Positions 11,210 through 20,722 of a stretch of DNA of 64,000 nt are shown one piece after another. Made by a program: the position numbers and the translations under genes. Below the pieces are notes generated by a model. It worked only from the letters and a program-made list of their open reading frames with translations. It searched no databases and was not told the origin of the DNA. The first letter of the stretch is position 1. Every line of letters begins with the position of its first letter. Origin of the DNA: Minisyncoccota bacterium (GTDB lineage: Bacteria; Patescibacteriota; Minisyncoccia; Phycocordibacterales; CAJBRS01); the NCBI GenBank assembly GCA_035652395.1, contig DASRDX010000009.1, positions 208,411 through 272,410 on the forward strand, in the 5' to 3' direction.

Positions 11210-12007
11210 GTGAGTCACTATAATAAAGACAAAAAAAGGACTATTTTCAATACTGATTCCAAGGAGCCTTTTAAGATCAGTCGATCAAAGATTGATCTTT
11301 TTACCGAGTGTCCGCGCTGTTTTTATTTAGATCAGGTGCTCGGCGTGCCACGCCCGCGACCCTTTCCCTTCACTTTAAATGCAGCTGTTGATAAGTTGCT
11401 GAAGAAGGAATTCGATATTCATCGCGCGGCGGGGAGCCCTCATCCCATGATGGAACAATATGGAATTGATGCCGTGCCATTTGCTCACGATAATCTGGAG
11501 GAATGGAGAGACGCTCTTCGAAAGGGCATTAGCTATTTGGATCCGGAAACCAATCTTTTGGTGCGAGGCGGAATAGATGATGTTTGGATTACCTCGGACA
11601 AGGAATTATTAATTGTTGATTATAAAGCTACAGCCAAAGAGGCCGAAGTTACTCTAGATGCAGAGTGGCAGGACGGATACAAGAGACAAGTGGAAGTTTA
11701 TCAATGGCTCTTTCGTCAAAATGGTTTTAAAGTCTCCGATACCGCTTGGTTTGTCTACGTGAACGGCAAAACAGACAGAAAAGCTTTTGATGGGAAGTTG
11801 GATTTCGATATTAAATTAATTTCTCACAAGGGATCTGATAAATGGATTCCGGCGACACTGAAGGAGATCAAGAAATGTTTAATAAGCGAGAAATCGCCGG
11901 CGCCGGCCGAGGACTGCGAGTATTGCAGTTATCGCAATCAGGCGGCCGCCGCTTTTCAGGCCCGTATTAGCGCTAATAAAGAATTGAAAGAATCAACCTT
12001 GTTTTAA
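11210..12007 (+). CDS. Cas4/RecB-like PD-(D/E)xK nuclease with Fe-S cysteine quartet
   Basis: N-terminal CPRCFY and C-terminal CEYCSY cysteines flank a DYK...QVEVYQ nuclease core, as in Cas4/AddB nuclease domains. GTG start. No CRISPR array nearby. Confidence 0.65.
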   Translation: MSHYNKDKKRTIFNTDSKEPFKISRSKIDLFTECPRCFYLDQVLGVPRPRPFPFTLNAAVDKLLKKEFDIHRAAGSPHPMMEQYGIDAVPFAHDNLEEWRDALRKGISYLDPETNLLVRGGIDDVWITSDKELLIVDYKATAKEAEVTLDAEWQDGYKRQVEVYQWLFRQNGFKVSDTAWFVYVNGKTDRKAFDGKLDFDIKLISHKGSDKWIPATLKEIKKCLISEKSPAPAEDCEYCSYRNQAAAAFQARISANKELKESTLF

Positions 12008-12008
12008 C

Positions 12009-12617
12009 ATGATGGAGCGAGAGGAGTTATATGAACATCTAAAAAATGAAAGCAAGGTGCTTGAATCAGAGCCACTTGCACGCGCTTTTCGCGAAATTGA
12101 TAGAGCCGATTTTGTCCCCGAGGACTACAAGGTAGAAGCGTATGAAGATTATGCCTTGCCGATTGGTTTTGGTCAGACCATTTCTCAACCGACCACCGTG
12201 GCCTTTATGCTGGAACTGCTCGATGTCAAAGAAGGAGAAGAGGTACTGGACATTGGCTCCGGCTCAGGATGGACCACGGCTTTACTTTCTAACTTGGTTG
12301 GACAAGAAGGATTGGTCTTGGGAGTGGAAATCGTACCTGAATTAGCAGAGCTGGGACAAAAAAACTTGCAGCCATATAAATATTCTCAAACCAAGATCAT
12401 AAAAGTGGGGGAGGAAGAGGAGCAGAGCGAGCAGTATGACAAGATTCTCGTTTCGGCATCGGCAGAAGAACTTCCGGAGGATTTAATTGAGAGACTAAGA
12501 GCTGGTGGAACTATTGTAATTCCCATCGAAGAATCTATTTTTAAAATCATCAAAACAGAGGATGGGGAACTGGAGGAGGCGGAATACCCCGGCTTTGCTT
12601 TTGTACCGCTGATTTAA
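12009..12617 (+). CDS. pcm: Protein-L-isoaspartate O-methyltransferase
   Basis: The SAM-binding motif LDIGSGSGW and the PIMT family pattern are present. Confidence 0.88.
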   Translation: MMEREELYEHLKNESKVLESEPLARAFREIDRADFVPEDYKVEAYEDYALPIGFGQTISQPTTVAFMLELLDVKEGEEVLDIGSGSGWTTALLSNLVGQEGLVLGVEIVPELAELGQKNLQPYKYSQTKIIKVGEEEEQSEQYDKILVSASAEELPEDLIERLRAGGTIVIPIEESIFKIIKTEDGELEEAEYPGFAFVPLI

Positions 12618-12630
12618 GTATAGTTAACCT

Positions 12631-13239
12631 ATGAAGCTAGAAGAAAAGAAAGAAGCCCTCCGAAAAATAAAAGACGAGGTAGTGGCTCTGAAAGCCTCGC
12701 CCTTGTTTGAAGAAAGAACTAAGAACAAAGTTTTCCCAGTAATAGGCGAGGGAAGTCATGATGGGGAAATTATGTTCGTGGGAGAAGCACCGGGAAAAAA
12801 CGAAGCCGCGACCGGCCGCCCTTTTGTCGGGGCGGCCGGAAAAATCCTGACTCAATTATTGGAAGAGATCGGCATTAAGCGCGAAGATGTCTACATTACC
12901 AATATCGTCAAAGATCGACCACCGCAAAATCGCGATCCATTGCCAGACGAAATCGAAATCTACGGCCCGTTTCTGGATCGTCAGATTGATATCATCCAGC
13001 CAAAAATCATCGCCACTCTAGGACGATTTTCAATGGTCTACATCATGACGAAATTCGGTCTGGAATTTGAACTTTTGCCAATTACCCAAATGCACGGCAA
13101 AAGTTTTGAGGCCGAAGCTACCTATGGCAAAGTCACTATCATTCCGTTCTACCATCCAGCCGCTTCAATCTATAATCAAAGTTTGCGAGAAGTATTGCGA
13201 GAGGACTTCAAAATTTTAAAGAAATATGCCAAAAAATAA
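12631..13239 (+). CDS. Uracil-DNA glycosylase, family 4
   Basis: GEAPGKNEAATGRPFVGAAGKIL...ITNIVKDRPPQNRDP motif. Confidence 0.9.
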   Translation: MKLEEKKEALRKIKDEVVALKASPLFEERTKNKVFPVIGEGSHDGEIMFVGEAPGKNEAATGRPFVGAAGKILTQLLEEIGIKREDVYITNIVKDRPPQNRDPLPDEIEIYGPFLDRQIDIIQPKIIATLGRFSMVYIMTKFGLEFELLPITQMHGKSFEAEATYGKVTIIPFYHPAASIYNQSLREVLREDFKILKKYAKK

Positions 13240-15013
13240 ATCAAAATCTAAAACCGAATGGAACCTCGGCCTGCTTTATAAAAGCCCGAAGGACCCACAG
13301 ATTGAAAAGGATATCCGAACGATAGAAGCGGCTTTCAATAACTTTGAAAAAAAATACAAAGACAAGGATGATTATTTGAAAAATGAAGCTGCTTTATTTC
13401 GGGCTCTGACTGATGGCGAGAAATTGCGGGATATCGTCGGCTCAACGAGGCCGCTTCATTATTTTCATTTGCTTAAGGATATTGATTCTCAAAACAAGAT
13501 AGCTGAAGCCAGACTCAACCAACTTTCGGAACACCTAACCAAAGTTTCCAATAAGGTCTTGTTTTTCGAGCTGAAATTGGGAAAAATTCCGCCAAATCTG
13601 CAAAAAAGATTTTTACAGAGCCGAAAATTAGAGCATTTCCGCTACCAACTGAAACTGATTTTTGACCAAAGCCGACACAACCTAACAGAGCCGGAAGAAA
13701 AGATTATGAATCTAAAGTCACTGCCGGCCTATTCGATGTGGGTAAATAGCTCTGAAAAATATCTTTCCAAGCAAGAAATATCATTCAAGCGGAAAATGCT
13801 GCCGATCGCCGAAGCTATCGGCCGTGTTTCGTCTTTACCAACACCAGACCGCCGAAACCTAATGAGAGACGTAATGAAAAAATGCAAAGAGATCAGTGAT
13901 TTTGCCGAAGCTGAATTAAATGCCGTTATAACTAACAAAAAAATCAATGATGAGCTGCGCCATTTTAAAAATCCATATGACGCCACCCTGCTTTCTTATG
14001 AGACGTCAGAGAAAATGGTTTTGAATTTAATCGATACGGTCACCAAGAATTTCAAAATCAGTCACGATTTCTACAAATTGAAAGCCAAGCTAATGCGCCT
14101 GCCATATTTAACTTACGCCGATCGGAATGCCAAGGTAGGCAAAAGCACGAAGGTTTATAAGTGGAAAGAGACTCTGAAAACTGTTGAAAATGCCTTTGAA
14201 ATTGTCAGTCCAAAATATGCCGACATTTTAAAATCTTATGTGAAAAGGGGTCAAATTGATGTTTATCCTAATAAGGGCAAAACCGGAGGCGCCTACTGCT
14301 CTGGCGGGCTCAATATTGATACTTTTGTGTTGTTAAACCATACCGATAGTCTCGGATCCGTCATGACTTTGGGGCATGAGATGGGCCACGCCATCCATAC
14401 GGAATTAAGCAAAGTTCAAAGCCCGCTTTATCAAGGCTATACCATTGCCGCCGCCGAAGTGGCCAGTACTTTGTTTGAAAACTTTGTCTTTGATCAGATT
14501 TTTGAAACTTTAAGTCCGAAAGAAAAAGTTATTGCCCTTCATAATCGGCTCAATGACGACATTCAAACTATATTTCGCCAGATTGCCTGTTTTAATTTTG
14601 AAAACGACTTGCATCAGAAAATCAGAAAAGATGGTGCCATTTCAAAAGAAGAAATTGCGGCTCTCATGAATAAGCATATGAAAAGTTATCTCGGACCAAT
14701 CACTCGCTTGGAAGAAGTGGATGGTTACTTTTTCGTTTACTGGAGCCACATTCGCCGATTCTTTTATGTCTACACTTACGCTTTCGGCCAGATTGTTAGC
14801 AAAGCCCTTTATAAAAAGTATCGGGAAGATAAGAACTTTTTAAACAAAATCGAGCAATTCCTAAAAGCTGGCGGCAGTAAATCACCGGAAGATATTTTCA
14901 AGGATATCGGTATCGATGTCACCAAGCCAGATTTCTTTCAACGTGGATTGGACCAAATCAAAGGAGATATAAAAGAGCTGGAAAAATTGGCAAAAGAGGC
15001 CAAATTGATATAG
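13226..15013 (+). CDS. pepF: Oligoendopeptidase F (M3B family)
   Basis: HEMGH zinc motif with the surrounding M3 fold pattern. Confidence 0.88.
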   Translation: MPKNKSKSKTEWNLGLLYKSPKDPQIEKDIRTIEAAFNNFEKKYKDKDDYLKNEAALFRALTDGEKLRDIVGSTRPLHYFHLLKDIDSQNKIAEARLNQLSEHLTKVSNKVLFFELKLGKIPPNLQKRFLQSRKLEHFRYQLKLIFDQSRHNLTEPEEKIMNLKSLPAYSMWVNSSEKYLSKQEISFKRKMLPIAEAIGRVSSLPTPDRRNLMRDVMKKCKEISDFAEAELNAVITNKKINDELRHFKNPYDATLLSYETSEKMVLNLIDTVTKNFKISHDFYKLKAKLMRLPYLTYADRNAKVGKSTKVYKWKETLKTVENAFEIVSPKYADILKSYVKRGQIDVYPNKGKTGGAYCSGGLNIDTFVLLNHTDSLGSVMTLGHEMGHAIHTELSKVQSPLYQGYTIAAAEVASTLFENFVFDQIFETLSPKEKVIALHNRLNDDIQTIFRQIACFNFENDLHQKIRKDGAISKEEIAALMNKHMKSYLGPITRLEEVDGYFFVYWSHIRRFFYVYTYAFGQIVSKALYKKYREDKNFLNKIEQFLKAGGSKSPEDIFKDIGIDVTKPDFFQRGLDQIKGDIKELEKLAKEAKLI

Positions 15014-15020
15014 TTAGGGC

Positions 15021-16703
15021 ATGAATTCAGCCGAAATTCGGGAGCGATTTCTAAAATTTTTTGAAAAAAGGGGACACAAAATTATTCCTTCGGCATCGCT
15101 CGTGCCGGAGAATGATAATAGCGTGCTTTTCACTACTGCGGGTATGCAGCAATTTAAACCATATTTTATTGGGCTTGCCGACGCGAAAAAAGATTTTGGT
15201 ACCTTAAATACTGCTTCTATTCAAAGGTGTATTCGAACTTCTGATATTGAAGAGGTGGGAGATGAAAGCCATTTAACCTTTTTTGAGATGTTGGGGAACT
15301 TTAGTTTCGGAGGCTATTGGAAAAAAGACGCTATACAATATGGTTATGATTTTATTACTAAAGAATTGGGTTTAAAGATTGACTATGTAACAGTTTTTCA
15401 GGGAGAAGGGGAGGTGCCTTCCGATACAGAGTCAGAAAAAATTTGGCGAACTATTGATCAGCACATTCTTATTAAAAAGGCTGGGCGATCGGATAATTTT
15501 TGGGGACCAACCGGTGAGGAAGGGCCGTGCGGTCCAACTACAGAAATATACGTAGATGGCATTGAGGTCTGGAATATCGTCTTCAATGAGTATTTTCAGA
15601 ATAAGAGTAAAGGACTTGCGCCGCTAAAAGTCACAGGAATCGATACGGGAATGGGATTAGAGCGCTTAGCGAAAGTCGTTCAGAAGACACCCACAGTTTT
15701 TGAAACAGATTTATTTTCTTTTGGTCAAATACTTAGTGATTTTGACGAAAGAACCAAAAGAATAATTTTAGATCATTCCCGCGCGGTCGTTTTCCTTATT
15801 AATGATGGTGTGGAACCTACAAACAAAGGAAGAGGTTACATTTTGCGCCGTCTCTTAAAAAGAATTGTCACTCATTATTACTTAGCCAGTATTTCGAAAA
15901 AGGTACCCATGAATTATGAGGATATATTGAGGGCAGTCTGTATAAAATATAAAGACATATATCCATCTTTAGACCTTTCCCGTGTTGAGGATATAGTTAG
16001 AAATGAATATATAAGATTTAATGAAAGTCTTCCTAAGGGCCTAAAGGAATTAAGCAAGATGAAGAGTATTGATATATCGAATGCATTTTTGCTATTTGAA
16101 AGCTATGGACTTGACTTCGATTTAATAAAAGAGCTTGCTCCAAAAGAAACAGAGCGGCTGACCAGAGAAGATTTTGAAAAAGAGCTTAAGAAACATCAGG
16201 AAATTTCTCGCGCCGGTGCCGAACAAAAATTCAAAGGAGGTCTGGCTGATACATCCGAGATGTCCGTCAAATATCATACCGCTACTCATTTATTGAACGC
16301 GGCCTTGAGAGAAGTTCTCGGGAAAGAAGTGGTGCAGAAGGGAAGTAACATTACGCCGGAGCGCCTGCGTTTTGACTTCAGTTATCCGAATAAAATGACC
16401 GATGAGCAGAAGAAGGCGGTGGAAGATTTGGTCAATAGCAAAATCGAGGCAAATCTTCCGGTTTCCTTTAAGGAGATGTCCAAGGAGGAGGCCGAGAAAA
16501 CCGGCGCCGTTCATGCTTTCGGCGAAAAATACGGAGATGTTGTCAAAGTTTATTCGATCGGTGATGAGAAAAATGGATACTTCAGCCGAGAATTTTGTGG
16601 CGGGCCACACGTGGAGCGAACCGGGATTCTGGGACATTTTAAGATCACTAAAGAAGAAGCGGTTTCTGCCGGTGTTCGGCGAATAAAAGCTGTCTTGGAA
16701 TAG
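15021..16703 (+). CDS. alaS: Alanyl-tRNA synthetase, compact form (no C-Ala domain)
   Basis: N-terminal class II AlaRS catalytic core (FTTAGMQQFKP, GLERL) plus editing-domain HxxxH...CGGPHV motifs. Only 560 aa. Confidence 0.85.
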   Translation: MNSAEIRERFLKFFEKRGHKIIPSASLVPENDNSVLFTTAGMQQFKPYFIGLADAKKDFGTLNTASIQRCIRTSDIEEVGDESHLTFFEMLGNFSFGGYWKKDAIQYGYDFITKELGLKIDYVTVFQGEGEVPSDTESEKIWRTIDQHILIKKAGRSDNFWGPTGEEGPCGPTTEIYVDGIEVWNIVFNEYFQNKSKGLAPLKVTGIDTGMGLERLAKVVQKTPTVFETDLFSFGQILSDFDERTKRIILDHSRAVVFLINDGVEPTNKGRGYILRRLLKRIVTHYYLASISKKVPMNYEDILRAVCIKYKDIYPSLDLSRVEDIVRNEYIRFNESLPKGLKELSKMKSIDISNAFLLFESYGLDFDLIKELAPKETERLTREDFEKELKKHQEISRAGAEQKFKGGLADTSEMSVKYHTATHLLNAALREVLGKEVVQKGSNITPERLRFDFSYPNKMTDEQKKAVEDLVNSKIEANLPVSFKEMSKEEAEKTGAVHAFGEKYGDVVKVYSIGDEKNGYFSREFCGGPHVERTGILGHFKITKEEAVSAGVRRIKAVLE

Positions 16704-16729
16704 AGTCGATAAGCGCTATAATAAAGAGA

Positions 16730-17887
16730 ATGGAGAAACAAGTTTTGCTTTTTTATATTGGTAACGGAGGACTGAAGAGTGCTTTAATCAGTCAATCCAA
16801 AACAGATCTACCGAAAATTTTGTTACTGGATCGAGAAAGTCTCGGAAATTCGGCAAGCTTGTCTAAGAAGGAGCTGGAAGAAGTTGTCTATAGAAAATTG
16901 GATGCACTCGCCGGTCGGATGCAAAAAGCTATTCTAGATGCCAACCTTACGAATAAGAAGGTAAACGCAGTTTTAGCCATCGTTTCCGCTCCTTGGTATC
17001 ACGCTCTGACCAAAACCTATAAATTGAAAAAGGATGAACCCTTCTTAATTAAAGACAAAACCATCACGGAATTATTGGAATCAACCGATAAAGATTCAGC
17101 TCCGGAGCAAGAAGAAGTCACGGTCTTGGAAAGAAAAATTATTCACATTGCTCTAAATGGCTACGTCACGGATTCGCCGATTAATAAAAAAGCAACCGAT
17201 CTGGAAGTTTCGGTAATTCAAAGTCTGACGGAGAAAAAATTCCTAAGCGAGATTGAAAATATTTTATCCAGATATTTTCCGATTTCGGCTTACCATTTTC
17301 ACACTTTGGCCTTGGCCAGTTTCGTTACCATTCGGGATATTCTGAAAGAGACCAAGGATTTTCTTTTAATTAATGTCACGAATTTAATCAGCGAAATTTC
17401 CTTGGTTAAGGACAATCTGCTACAGGAAACTATTTCGATTCCAATTGGTTTTGCCGGCTTACTGGATAAAGTTTCAAAGGCCCTGAATGTTACTCCCGAG
17501 GTAGCCTTTTCTCTTTTAAAAATGTACAAAGGTGATCAGTTGGAAAAACAGATTGGGGAGAAATTGGGAGAATCCCTAGCCGTCTTCAGGAAGGAATGGG
17601 CGGCTCAAATTGGGGAGGCCTTCAAAAATCTCTCGGGAGGAGTGGCGCTTCCGGCCGCCTGCTACTTATTGTCGCATCACCAGCTAGAAAATCTGTTTGC
17701 CGATTTGATTCAACCAGAAGATTACAGTCAGTTTTCTTTCAATCAGGGAGAATTTCATATTCGAAATATTTCGGCTCTGGACTTCGTACAATTTATTGAC
17801 TTCAATCGCTTACCTCTCGATTCCGGAATGGCGGTGGCTATCATTTTCGCCAAACAAACCCTTTTGAATCGGGAACGAATGAGTTAG
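16730..17887 (+). CDS. Hypothetical protein, possibly a degenerate actin-like ATPase fold (FtsA/PilM-like)
   Basis: LLFYIGNGGLKSAL (phosphate-1-like) and FLLINVTNLISEISLV (phosphate-2-like with the glycines replaced). Inference only. Confidence 0.4.
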   Translation: MEKQVLLFYIGNGGLKSALISQSKTDLPKILLLDRESLGNSASLSKKELEEVVYRKLDALAGRMQKAILDANLTNKKVNAVLAIVSAPWYHALTKTYKLKKDEPFLIKDKTITELLESTDKDSAPEQEEVTVLERKIIHIALNGYVTDSPINKKATDLEVSVIQSLTEKKFLSEIENILSRYFPISAYHFHTLALASFVTIRDILKETKDFLLINVTNLISEISLVKDNLLQETISIPIGFAGLLDKVSKALNVTPEVAFSLLKMYKGDQLEKQIGEKLGESLAVFRKEWAAQIGEAFKNLSGGVALPAACYLLSHHQLENLFADLIQPEDYSQFSFNQGEFHIRNISALDFVQFIDFNRLPLDSGMAVAIIFAKQTLLNRERMS

Positions 17888-17911
17888 AATGAGATAAACA
17901 ATTCTCCAATT

Positions 17912-19348
17912 ATGGCCAATCAATTCCAAGATATCATTCCACCAAAAAAACGATCTATTCGGGACATTCCCTTACCGGAAGGACGGGAGCGACCCGATCG
18001 ACCGACACCTCCACCGCCGCCACTCACTCATCGACCAAAAGCTGAACCGGAGATTAAAGCACGACCTTCTCCTGTAGTTCCACCCCGGGAAGAGGTGAGA
18101 ATAAAAAAGACTCCGGAGATTAGGCCTAACGAAGAAATAGTCGGGCCCCGCCCCATCGATTCTCCTCCCGATCTGGAAGAACGATCAGAGCGAGATCCTT
18201 ATTGGCGAGCTGGCCTCTGGCTTCTGGCCCTAATTGCCCTGATTTTTCTCTTCTTCGGCGTTTCTTATTTATTTGCCGGCGCGAATATAAAAGTCATTCC
18301 TCACAGTCAGGATGTAACAGTCAATCAAACTATCAACGCTGACCCAAATGGAAGCGGGGGAACCATGCCGTATGCCGTGATCACATTGGAAAAGACTGGC
18401 AGCAAAGATGTAACGGCCAATGGAACGCAGAATGTGGCTAACAAGGCTTCTGGAGAGATTATCATCTACAACAATTACAGTTCCAGTCCACAATCACTAG
18501 TAGCCACTACTCGGTTTGAGACTCCGGAAGGTTTGGTTTTCCGAATCGATAAAGATATAACAGTGCCCGGGCAGAGCACGGTTAACGGACAGGTAACGGC
18601 AGGCAGCGTTGAAGCAACCGTTTATGCCGATCAGGCCGGCGAAGAATATAATGTTGGTTTGAAAGATTTCACCATTCCGGGTTTTAAAGGCACGCCTAAA
18701 TATCAAGGATTCTATGCCCGTTCAAAAACACCGATTACCGGAGGCTTCATTGGTACTACTGCCACAGCTTCGGCCGCCGATATCGCTACCGCCAAAACTC
18801 AAATTGAGGCAGATCTACGAAATCAATTTATAACCCAAGCCAATTCTCAAAAGCCCGACGACTTTATTCTTTATCCAGACGCTCTTACCATTACTTATTC
18901 TCCGGCAGCTAATTCCACCAGCACTACTCAAAAGTTGACGGTGCGGGAAAGCGCTACTGCTTACGCCGTTCTGTTCAATCGCAATATTTTGGCTAAATAT
19001 TTCCAAGATAACCTTTCCGTCAATTATTCAAGTAGTACTCTAGCGGGAATTGAGAATTTAAAATTCAGTTTTACAAATCCGAACGGTTTTCAATCAACCG
19101 CCTCAAGCTCGGCCGACTTCACTTTTAAACTGGAAGGTACTTTGAAGCTAGTTTCCTTGGTAGATATTGAGAAATTAAAAAATGATCTGAAGGGAATCTC
19201 TCGTTCAGGACTTTCAGCCGTTTTAGCTAAATATCCTTCCATTGAAAAAGCCGAGGTAGTTTTCAAACCATTCTGGCGCTGGTCTTTTCCGAATAAAACG
19301 GCTAATATTAAGGTTGAAATTGAAAGCGCCACCTCCACCGTTGACTAA
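17912..19348 (+). CDS. Hypothetical proline-rich, single-pass membrane protein
   Basis: Pro-rich cytoplasmic N-terminus, one TM helix, and a Ser/Thr-rich extracytoplasmic domain. Confidence 0.5.
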   Translation: MANQFQDIIPPKKRSIRDIPLPEGRERPDRPTPPPPPLTHRPKAEPEIKARPSPVVPPREEVRIKKTPEIRPNEEIVGPRPIDSPPDLEERSERDPYWRAGLWLLALIALIFLFFGVSYLFAGANIKVIPHSQDVTVNQTINADPNGSGGTMPYAVITLEKTGSKDVTANGTQNVANKASGEIIIYNNYSSSPQSLVATTRFETPEGLVFRIDKDITVPGQSTVNGQVTAGSVEATVYADQAGEEYNVGLKDFTIPGFKGTPKYQGFYARSKTPITGGFIGTTATASAADIATAKTQIEADLRNQFITQANSQKPDDFILYPDALTITYSPAANSTSTTQKLTVRESATAYAVLFNRNILAKYFQDNLSVNYSSSTLAGIENLKFSFTNPNGFQSTASSSADFTFKLEGTLKLVSLVDIEKLKNDLKGISRSGLSAVLAKYPSIEKAEVVFKPFWRWSFPNKTANIKVEIESATSTVD

Positions 19349-19413
19349 AGGGCCTTATTTCTGTTATGCTGAGGTTACTGGTTTAATTTAATATGTTCGG
19401 CAAGAAAATATAA

Positions 19414-19635
19414 ATGGCTAGCAGTAAAGAGAAAGCTCCAAGCGCCACTGGGGTAGTGACTGAAGCCTTGCCCAATACCTTATTCAAGGTCAGATTGGAT
19501 GATCAAGAAGAGGAACTCTTGGCGTATCTTGGAGGCCGAATGAGATTGAATCGAATCAGAGTTTTAATTGGAGATAAAGTTCAGGTAGAACTTGATCCGT
19601 ACGGAGGCAGGGGAAGGATTGTCAAAAGGTTTTAA
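19414..19635 (+). CDS. infA: Translation initiation factor IF-1
   Basis: S1-like IF-1 sequence GVVTEALPNTLFKVRLD...GDKVQVELDPYG. Confidence 0.95.
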   Translation: MASSKEKAPSATGVVTEALPNTLFKVRLDDQEEELLAYLGGRMRLNRIRVLIGDKVQVELDPYGGRGRIVKRF

Positions 19636-19644
19636 GCACAACAA

Positions 19645-19690
19645 TCACCCAGACCCTAAGATAAGAATGGAGACGGGTGGTTTTTTCGTC
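19645..19690 (+). terminator. Putative intrinsic terminator after infA
   Basis: TCACCC...GGGTGG 6-bp stem with a long loop, followed by TTTTTT. Weak. Confidence 0.35.
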
Positions 19691-19709
19691 GCTAGAAATT
19701 TTAATTAAT

Positions 19710-19826
19710 ATGAAAGTTAAAGCATCAGTCAAAAAAATGTGTCCAAAATGTCAGGTAGTTCGTCGAAAGGGCTACGTTTATATTGTCTGCAAAGCTAATC
19801 CCCGCCATAAACAGCGACAAGGTTAA
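19710..19826 (+). CDS. rpmJ: 50S ribosomal protein L36
   Basis: Hand-translated 38-aa [41 protein letters not shown] that is absent from the ORF track. It has the classic L36 zinc ribbon in the conserved infA-rpmJ-rpsM position. Confidence 0.9.
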   Translation: MKVKASVKKMCPKCQVVRRKGYVYIVCKANPRHKQRQG

Positions 19827-19835
19827 TCAATCAAT

Positions 19836-20213
19836 ATGCGTATTTTAGGTATTACCATTCCAGATAATAAAAGATTAGAGATTGGCTTGACCACTCTTTA
19901 TGGTATTGGCCGGCCAAGAGCTCAAGAAATCTTAGAGCAGGCTAAGATTGATTACGGCCGAAAAGCTAAAGATTTGAAACTTGAGGAAGAGAATGAAATT
20001 CGCCGAATCGTGGAAGCTTACAAAATAGAAGGAGATCTGAAAAGAGAAGTGGCTTCCAATATTAAACGTCTGAAAGACATTAAATCTTATCGCGGCAGCC
20101 GACACGCCAAAAGATTACCGGCTCGCGGACAGCGCACCAAAACAAACGCCCGCACTCTGAAAGGGGTGAAGAAGACCATGGGCTCCGGACGCAAGAAAGC
20201 CGAGAAGAAGTAA
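19836..20213 (+). CDS. rpsM: 30S ribosomal protein S13
   Basis: MRILGITIPDNKRLEIGLTTLYGIG consensus. Confidence 0.97.
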   Translation: MRILGITIPDNKRLEIGLTTLYGIGRPRAQEILEQAKIDYGRKAKDLKLEEENEIRRIVEAYKIEGDLKREVASNIKRLKDIKSYRGSRHAKRLPARGQRTKTNARTLKGVKKTMGSGRKKAEKK

Positions 20214-20250
20214 AAGAGCCAATAATCATAAACAATAATTCAAACGATCA

Positions 20251-20682
20251 ATGGGTAAGAAACGAATTGTAAAAAAAGAAGGAGAAGAAGGCGGAGCTGC
20301 TGAAAAAGCGGCACCTTCAATCGTCTCTAAAAAGCGCGTAGACACAGGCATTTTGTACGTCCAGTCTACCTATAATAATACGAAGGCAGTACTCACTGAT
20401 CCTAAGGGCAATAGTTTAGCTTGGTCTTCCAGCGGCTCACTCGGCTTTAAAGGAGCCAAAAAGGGAACACCTTTTGCCGCGGCTAAAGTTGGCGAAACCG
20501 TTGGCGGCAAGGCCCAGACCATGGGCTTAAAAGAAGTGGCGGTAGTAGTCAAAGGAGTCGGTTCCGGCCGCGAATCTTCCATTCGAGGCTTTGTATCAAA
20601 GGGAATTGCCATTACGTCTATTAAAGATGTAACACCGGTGCCCCACAATGGTCCAAAACCTAAGAAACCCCGACGTGTTTAA
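20251..20682 (+). CDS. rpsK: 30S ribosomal protein S11
   Basis: S11 consensus, and order after rpsM. Confidence 0.97.
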   Translation: MGKKRIVKKEGEEGGAAEKAAPSIVSKKRVDTGILYVQSTYNNTKAVLTDPKGNSLAWSSSGSLGFKGAKKGTPFAAAKVGETVGGKAQTMGLKEVAVVVKGVGSGRESSIRGFVSKGIAITSIKDVTPVPHNGPKPKKPRRV

Positions 20683-20722
20683 TTTATTCAATTGCTTTCT
20701 ACAAATTACGTATTAAAAATTT

